A stretch of DNA of 64,000 nt from the NCBI RefSeq assembly GCF_001465025.1, contig NZ_LNDO01000085.1, positions 1,491-65,490 on the forward strand, in the 5' to 3' direction. Source of the stretch: Pseudomonas sp. Ga0074129 (lineage in GTDB: Bacteria > Pseudomonadota > Gammaproteobacteria > Pseudomonadales > Pseudomonadaceae). The notes below the pieces were generated by a model. That model saw nothing but the letters and a program-made list of their open reading frames with translations. It was not told the DNA's origin and made no database searches. The translations under genes and the position numbers were made by a program. Positions 57,828-64,000 of the stretch are shown piece after piece. The first letter of the stretch is position 1; the number at the start of each line of letters is the position of its first letter.

Positions 57828-59696
57828 TTAAATCCACAACTTCTTGAAGTCACGCCCGCCGCAGGTCAGGTTGACCATGCAACGCGTCACCAGAATCGCG
57901 GTAAACATCGAGGTGATGATGCCCAGCGACAGTGTCACAGCGAAGCCCTTAACAGGCCCGGTGCCCATAGCGAAGAGGATGCCGCCGACCAACAAGGTGG
58001 TCAGGTTGGCGTCGATAATCGCCGAATACGCCCGGTCAAAACCCTCGTGAATAGCGCGCTGAATCGACATGCCATTGGCAATCTCCTCGCGGATTCGCGA
58101 GAAGATCAGCACGTTAGCGTCCACCGCCATACCCATGGTCAGCACAATACCCGCAATGCCCGGCAGGGTTAGCGTGGCACTGAGCAGCGACATCAGCGCC
58201 AACAGCAGCACCATGTTCAAACCCAAGGCAATAGTCGCCAGCACACCGAAGAAACGGTAAATGGCAATGATAAACAGCGACACGAACAACATGGCCCACA
58301 TCGAGGCCGTCACACCTTTGGTGATGTTATCCGCACCTAGGCTCGGGCCAATGGTGCGTTCTTCAGCAAAGTACATCGGCGCCGCCAGACCACCGGCACG
58401 CAACAGCAGCGCCAGCTCTGAGGATTCACCCTGACCATCCAAACCGGTAATACGGAATTGGCTGCCCAGCGGCGATTGGATAGTCGCCAGGCTAATGATC
58501 TTCTTCTCTTCAACGAAGGTTTGCAGTTCAACTTCTTTTTCGACGCCATCCACCACCTGACGCACGTGACGCGTCACCGGCTTCTGCTCGATAAAGATTA
58601 CCGCCATGCTGCGCCCGACGTTGTTGCGGGTCGCGCGGTTCATCAGGTCACCGCCACGGCCATCCAGACGAATATTGACCTGCGGACTGCCGTTTTCATC
58701 GAAGCTGGCCTGGGCGTCAGTCACCTGATCACCCGTAATGATCAGCTCACGCTCCAACTGCGCAGGCGGTCGGCCTTCTTCGCGAAACTCAAAGCTTTCA
58801 GTAGCAGCCTTGGCCGCATCCGGCTCAGCCGCAAGACGGAACTCAAGGCTGGCGGTTTTACCCAAAATACGCTTGGCTTCGGCGGTGTCTTGCACGCCCG
58901 GCAGCTCAACCACAATACGGTTAGCCCCTTGGCGCTGCACCAGTGGCTCGGCCACACCCAGCTCATTCACCCGATTACGCACAGTGGTCAAGTTCTGTTT
59001 AATCGAGTATTCGCGAATCTCAGTCACCTTGGCATCAGTCAAAGCAAGGCGCAGCACCTGCTGCTCACCACGCTTAACGGACGTCAGGTCAAAATCGGTA
59101 AATTCTTTGCTGATGAGTTGCTGCGCTTTTTCCAAAGTGGCTTCATCGGCAAAGCCGAGCTGAATTGCACCATTGAGCTCCGGCAGGCTGCGATAACGCA
59201 CACGCTCCTTACGCAGCAGGCTTTTGACCTCGCCCTCGTAGACTTTACGGCGCGCATCCAGAGCCTTGTCCATGTCCACTTCCATCAAGAAGTGCACACC
59301 ACCTGACAGGTCCAGGCCCAGCTTCATCGGGCTACCGCCCAAGTTGCGCAGCCACTCTGGCGTGGTTTGCGCCAAGTTCAGGGCCACCACAAACTCATCA
59401 CTGAGGGCCCTACGCACCAAATCTTTGGCAGGCAATTGATCTTCAGCATTATTCAAACGCAACAAACCAGCACGCCCTTGATTAGCCAGGCTGGTGGCTT
59501 TGACGCTGATACCGGCTGCTTCCAGGGCGCGACTGGCGCGATCCAGGTCAGCCTGCTCGACGCGCATCGCGGAGCTGTTGCCACTGATCTGGATCGCCGG
59601 ATCGTCCGGGTACAGATTGGGCAGGGAATAGAGAAAGCCGATAGCTAGAACAGCCAGAATCAGCAGGTACTTCCAGAGGGGAAACTTGTTGAGCAT
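57828..59696 (-). CDS. secD: Protein translocase subunit SecD
   Basis: 622 aa starting MLNKFPLWKYLLIL, with a large periplasmic domain (LGLDLSGGVHF) and an RND-like TM bundle. Confidence 0.96.
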   Translation of the reverse strand: MLNKFPLWKYLLILAVLAIGFLYSLPNLYPDDPAIQISGNSSAMRVEQADLDRASRALEAAGISVKATSLANQGRAGLLRLNNAEDQLPAKDLVRRALSDEFVVALNLAQTTPEWLRNLGGSPMKLGLDLSGGVHFLMEVDMDKALDARRKVYEGEVKSLLRKERVRYRSLPELNGAIQLGFADEATLEKAQQLISKEFTDFDLTSVKRGEQQVLRLALTDAKVTEIREYSIKQNLTTVRNRVNELGVAEPLVQRQGANRIVVELPGVQDTAEAKRILGKTASLEFRLAAEPDAAKAATESFEFREEGRPPAQLERELIITGDQVTDAQASFDENGSPQVNIRLDGRGGDLMNRATRNNVGRSMAVIFIEQKPVTRHVRQVVDGVEKEVELQTFVEEKKIISLATIQSPLGSQFRITGLDGQGESSELALLLRAGGLAAPMYFAEERTIGPSLGADNITKGVTASMWAMLFVSLFIIAIYRFFGVLATIALGLNMVLLLALMSLLSATLTLPGIAGIVLTMGMAVDANVLIFSRIREEIANGMSIQRAIHEGFDRAYSAIIDANLTTLLVGGILFAMGTGPVKGFAVTLSLGIITSMFTAILVTRCMVNLTCGGRDFKKLWI

Positions 59697-59758
59697 GACG
59701 CCGCCCGTTATGACGCGGGGCGCATTAAGCGCCCCGTCGAATGGTAAAGGTGTATGGC

Positions 59759-60094
59759 TTAGATCGCTTTGAGCGTGCCTTTAGGCAGCGAAGCAGCGAT
59801 CGCTACTTTCTGAATTTTCAGCTCAACAGTGTCGGACACTTCAATCACTACGAAGTCATCAGAAACCTTCGAAACCTTGCCAGCGATGCCGCCGCTGGTG
59901 ACCACTTCATCACCTTTCTGCAGGCCGCTGATCAGGCCTTTGTGCTCTTTTGCACGCTTGGCTTGTGGACGCCAGATCATCAGATAAAAGATGACCAGGA
60001 AGCCGACCAGAAATACCCACTCAAAACCACTACCTGCAGGACCGGCAGCCGGTGCAGCACCTTCAGCGAAGGCAGCGGGGATAAAAAAGCTCAT
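59759..60094 (-). CDS. yajC: Preprotein translocase subunit YajC
   Basis: Trimmed to ATG 60094. IFYLMIWRPQAKRAKEHK...GDEVVTSGGIAGKV is canonical YajC. Confidence 0.93.
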   Translation of the reverse strand: MSFFIPAAFAEGAAPAAGPAGSGFEWVFLVGFLVIFYLMIWRPQAKRAKEHKGLISGLQKGDEVVTSGGIAGKVSKVSDDFVVIEVSDTVELKIQKVAIAASLPKGTLKAI

Positions 60095-60132
60095 GTAACA
60101 CTCCTGTAACAAGGGTCTTTAAGGGTTGGGAA

Positions 60133-62312
<2,180 letters not shown>

Positions 62313-62382
62313 GGTCTGAGAAGGTCGTTTGTCAGGGCGGCTGAGTTTAGCGGAAAACATGTATTTTGACCACGAAAGAGCA

Positions 62383-62411
62383 TTGACCAACGCCAACACC
62401 ATCCCTATACT
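62383..62411 (+). promoter_or_regulatory. Sigma70-type promoter of tRNA-Leu
   Basis: TTGACC (62383-62388), a 17-nt spacer, then TATACT (62406-62411), followed by the GC-rich discriminator gcgccgcc. The tRNA 5' end lies 13 nt after the -10 hexamer. Confidence 0.65.
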
Positions 62412-62424
62412 GCGCCGCCATTGT

Positions 62425-62509
62425 GCCCCGGTGGCGGAACCGGTAGACGCGGCGGATTCAAAATCCGTTTTCGAAAGAAGTGGGAGTTCGAGTCTCCCCC
62501 GGGGCACCA
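62425..62509 (+). tRNA. tRNA-Leu (anticodon CAA), class II with long variable arm, CCA encoded
   Basis: Acceptor stem gccccgg/ccggggc. Anticodon loop ttCAAaa (CAA at 62459-62461). Variable arm about ttttcgaaagaag. T arm gggag-ttcgagt-ctccc. Discriminator a plus CCA. 85 nt. Confidence 0.93.
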
Positions 62510-62520
62510 TATACACGAAG

Positions 62521-62550
62521 AAAGGCCTTGATTATCAAGGCCTTTTTTTA
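62521..62550 (+). terminator. Rho-independent terminator after tRNA-Leu
   Basis: aaggccttga-tta-tcaaggcctt followed by ttttttt. Confidence 0.85.
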
Positions 62551-62616
62551 TGCCTGGCGTAATCTTGGCGTAATGACTTTGAAGCACATATAGACGTGAC
62601 TGCAAATCGCAGCCAC

Positions 62617-62668
62617 AAAAAAGCCCCGGCACCGCAGGCCATGCCTACTGCGCCGGGGCTTTGTGTTT
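62617..62668. terminator. Bidirectional hairpin terminator at the end of the phage-like minus-strand genes
   Basis: aaaaaagccccggc...(21-nt loop)...gccggggctttgtgttt: a 9-bp GC stem with an A-run upstream (T-run on the minus strand). Lies 5 nt downstream of the 62673 ORF end. Confidence 0.6.
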
Positions 62669-62672
62669 AAGG

Positions 62673-62843
62673 CTAGATCCGCCACACCTCTTTAGCCTTT
62701 TCAAACCCCACCCACTTACCATCCCGATCCAGCCCGCGCTCAGCCATCAGCTGCGCGGCAACCGCTTGGGTATCCACCTCCCCTTTCGCCATGGCGTTCA
62801 GCAGTTCGGTTGGCAGGGGCTGGAGGTGCTCGAGCAGGTTCAT
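62673..62843 (-). CDS. Hypothetical small protein (56 aa), phage-like module
   Basis: ORF 62673..62903 trimmed to ATG 62843, preceded by the aaggaaacggc RBS. MNLLEHLQPLPTELLNAMAKGEVDTQAVAAQLMAERGLDRDGKWVGFEKAKEVWRI. I recognise no family. Confidence 0.5.
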   Translation of the reverse strand: MNLLEHLQPLPTELLNAMAKGEVDTQAVAAQLMAERGLDRDGKWVGFEKAKEVWRI

Positions 62844-62908
62844 TGCCGTTTCCTTAATGGTTTCCGTTGGCACCAGTAACGCTCTGGTGCCGAGGCATAG
62901 CAAGTGAA

Positions 62909-63712
62909 TCAGACGCCATCAAAGAGGCCGCCTAGGGCAGCCGGCACCCAGTTCATAATCACCAACTCGCCTGTGGTTTCAGCCACGCCCTGCCGCTGAT
63001 TGGTGCAGCTGTAGCGGATATCGAGCTGCTCCATATGGAAGCCATCGAACGCACGGCGGATATCGGCGTGGTCGTTGATGCTGACCATCACCTTGCCTTT
63101 GCACCGCCGCATAAAGTCAGCCATGCGCTCGTAGTTTTCATAGGGGAAGTCAACGCCATAGCCCGCCGTCTGCCAGTACGGCGGGTCCATGTAGTGGAAG
63201 GTGTGGGCGCGGTCATAGCGCTCTGCGCATTCAAGCCACGGCAGGTTTTCCACATACACACCGGCCAAGCGCTGCCAGGCAGCGGACAGGTTCTCTTCGA
63301 TGCGCATGATGTTTGGCGCTGGGCCAGTCGTGGCGGTACCGAACGTCTGCCCGCTGACCTTGCCGCCGAAGGCATGGTGCTGCAGGTAGAAGAACCGAGC
63401 AGCGCGCTGGATGTCGGTCAGGGTTTCCGGCCGGGTGATCTTCTGCCACTCGAACAGCTGCCGGCTGGAGAGCGCCCACTTGAACTGTCGCACGAACTCC
63501 TCGACGTGGTTCTGCACCACCCGGTACAGCGACACCAGGTCGCCATTGATATCGTTCAACACTTCCACGGGCGCGGGCTGGGGGCGCATGAAGAACAGCG
63601 CAGCACCGCCGGCAAACACTTCGACGTAGCATTCGTGGGGAGGGAATAGCGGGATAAGACGGTCGGCCAGGCGGCGCTTGCCACCCATCCAAGGGATGAT
63701 AGGACTGGTCAT
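62909..63712 (-). CDS. dam: DNA adenine methyltransferase (D12 class, Dam-like), apparently orphan
   Basis: Trimmed to ATG 63712 (MTSPIIPWMGGKRRLADRLIPLFP). The SAM motif EVFAGGAALFF and catalytic DPPY are hallmarks of MethyltransfD12/Dam enzymes. No restriction-enzyme-sized ORF is adjacent within the window. Confidence 0.85.
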   Translation of the reverse strand: MTSPIIPWMGGKRRLADRLIPLFPPHECYVEVFAGGAALFFMRPQPAPVEVLNDINGDLVSLYRVVQNHVEEFVRQFKWALSSRQLFEWQKITRPETLTDIQRAARFFYLQHHAFGGKVSGQTFGTATTGPAPNIMRIEENLSAAWQRLAGVYVENLPWLECAERYDRAHTFHYMDPPYWQTAGYGVDFPYENYERMADFMRRCKGKVMVSINDHADIRRAFDGFHMEQLDIRYSCTNQRQGVAETTGELVIMNWVPAALGGLFDGV

Positions 63713-63728
63713 AGAATGCAAACCTTTA

Positions 63729-63744
63729 CTGTATAAATAAACAG
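63729..63744. promoter_or_regulatory. LexA (SOS) box CTGTATAAATAAACAG
   Basis: Exact CTGT-N8-ACAG with an AT-rich centre, matching the gammaproteobacterial/Pseudomonas LexA consensus CTGTATAAATATACAG at 15 of 16 positions. It lies 17 nt upstream of the dam ATG and overlaps AT-rich -10-like hexamers. Confidence 0.65.
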
Positions 63745-63873
63745 GTGCTAGGCTCTCCCCCGCTTCGTGCACGGAGTGGGAGCCCTGGCTTGGCTTGCAG
63801 GAATGGCTGCGGGTCGAGTGGCCTGCCCGGGTGCTGTAACACCTGGGCGGGTCGCTCTTTTCTTACGGAGGGG

Positions 63874-64000
63874 TTACGGGGTTGCAGCGGTCTGGCCGGT
63901 CAGCGTCCGGACGTAGCCTTGCAGGTACTCGAGTTTCTTCTGATCGCGGATCATTCCGGCGCGGATATCCCAAACAGCTGATCCAGCTCGCTCACTGAGT
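63874..64000 (-). CDS. Partial ORF (C-terminal 41 codons plus stop; gene continues beyond window end), unknown function
   Basis: My reverse-strand translation gives ...LSERAGSAVWDIRAGMIRDQKKLEYLQGYVRTLTGQTAATP*. It is open to the window edge, on the same strand as dam. It is too short and truncated to classify. Confidence 0.35.
   Translation of the reverse strand, partial: LSERAGSAVWDIRAGMIRDQKKLEYLQGYVRTLTGQTAATP

Noticed and set aside
62313-62516. N-terminal extension of queA in the ORF track ([14 protein letters not shown]...).
   Set aside because: The extension is the reverse complement of the tRNA-Leu gene and its promoter. The conserved QueA N-terminus [11 protein letters not shown] starts at 62312.
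62909-63712. Dam as part of a restriction-modification system.
   Set aside because: The flanking ORFs are a 56-aa protein and an unclassifiable partial ORF. No endonuclease-sized gene is seen in the window, so it is treated as an orphan, phage-type methylase. This cannot be excluded beyond the window end.
63745-63981. 78-aa plus-strand ORF at the window end.
   Set aside because: Gly/Ser/Arg/Cys-rich and motif-free. It overlaps the better-looking minus-strand partial ORF and the intergenic hairpins.

Overview
This is a high-GC gammaproteobacterial chromosome segment. Gene order and REP-type palindromes suggest Pseudomonas, but that is inference because no database search was possible. I call about 65 protein genes, nearly all conserved housekeeping genes and most on the minus strand. 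In order they are: recJ (5' fragment), yaeQ, a family III CoA-transferase, a 2H phosphoesterase, thrC-hom-dsbC-xerD, a small MshEN-motif membrane protein, rplS-trmD-rimM-rpsP, ffh, ypjD and a frameshifted yfjD/corB, an SGNH hydrolase with purT, a cluster of small genes (DUF1289, gamma-CA-like, two Nudix, L,D-transpeptidase, Nif3-like, CDGSH), purL, mltF, tadA with a multicopper oxidase, guaA-guaB, xseA, an M23 peptidase, an isochorismatase-family gene, leuA, yafV-ybdL, der-bamB-yfgM-hisS-ispG-rodZ-pilW-rlmN-ndk, the full isc operon (iscX-fdx-hscA-hscB-iscA-iscU-iscS-iscR), cysE-trmJ, suhB, a YcfJ-like gene, secF-secD-yajC-tgt-queA, and tRNA-Leu(CAA). After the tRNA comes the edge of a phage-like module: a small ORF, a Dam-type methyltransferase preceded by an SOS box, and a partial ORF. 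I found no rRNA, CRISPR array, transposase, integrase or recognisable defence operon. I do not see convincing evidence for a novel multi-gene system in this window. The observations most worth checking are: (1) an SOS-box-controlled orphan Dam methylase at a tRNA-Leu island boundary; (2) an 8-bp tandem duplication that frameshifts the CNNM/CorB-type transporter gene; (3) a ~270-bp nested inverted-repeat element abutting the CoA-transferase start; (4) a small membrane protein with a textbook tandem MshEN c-di-GMP-binding motif; (5) a uORF plus terminator-like hairpin in the long leuA leader. Many ORF-track entries carry spurious N-terminal extensions, which I trimmed to conserved N-termini. The long antisense ORFs are high-GC artefacts. 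All family assignments rest on motif and sequence recall, not on searches.
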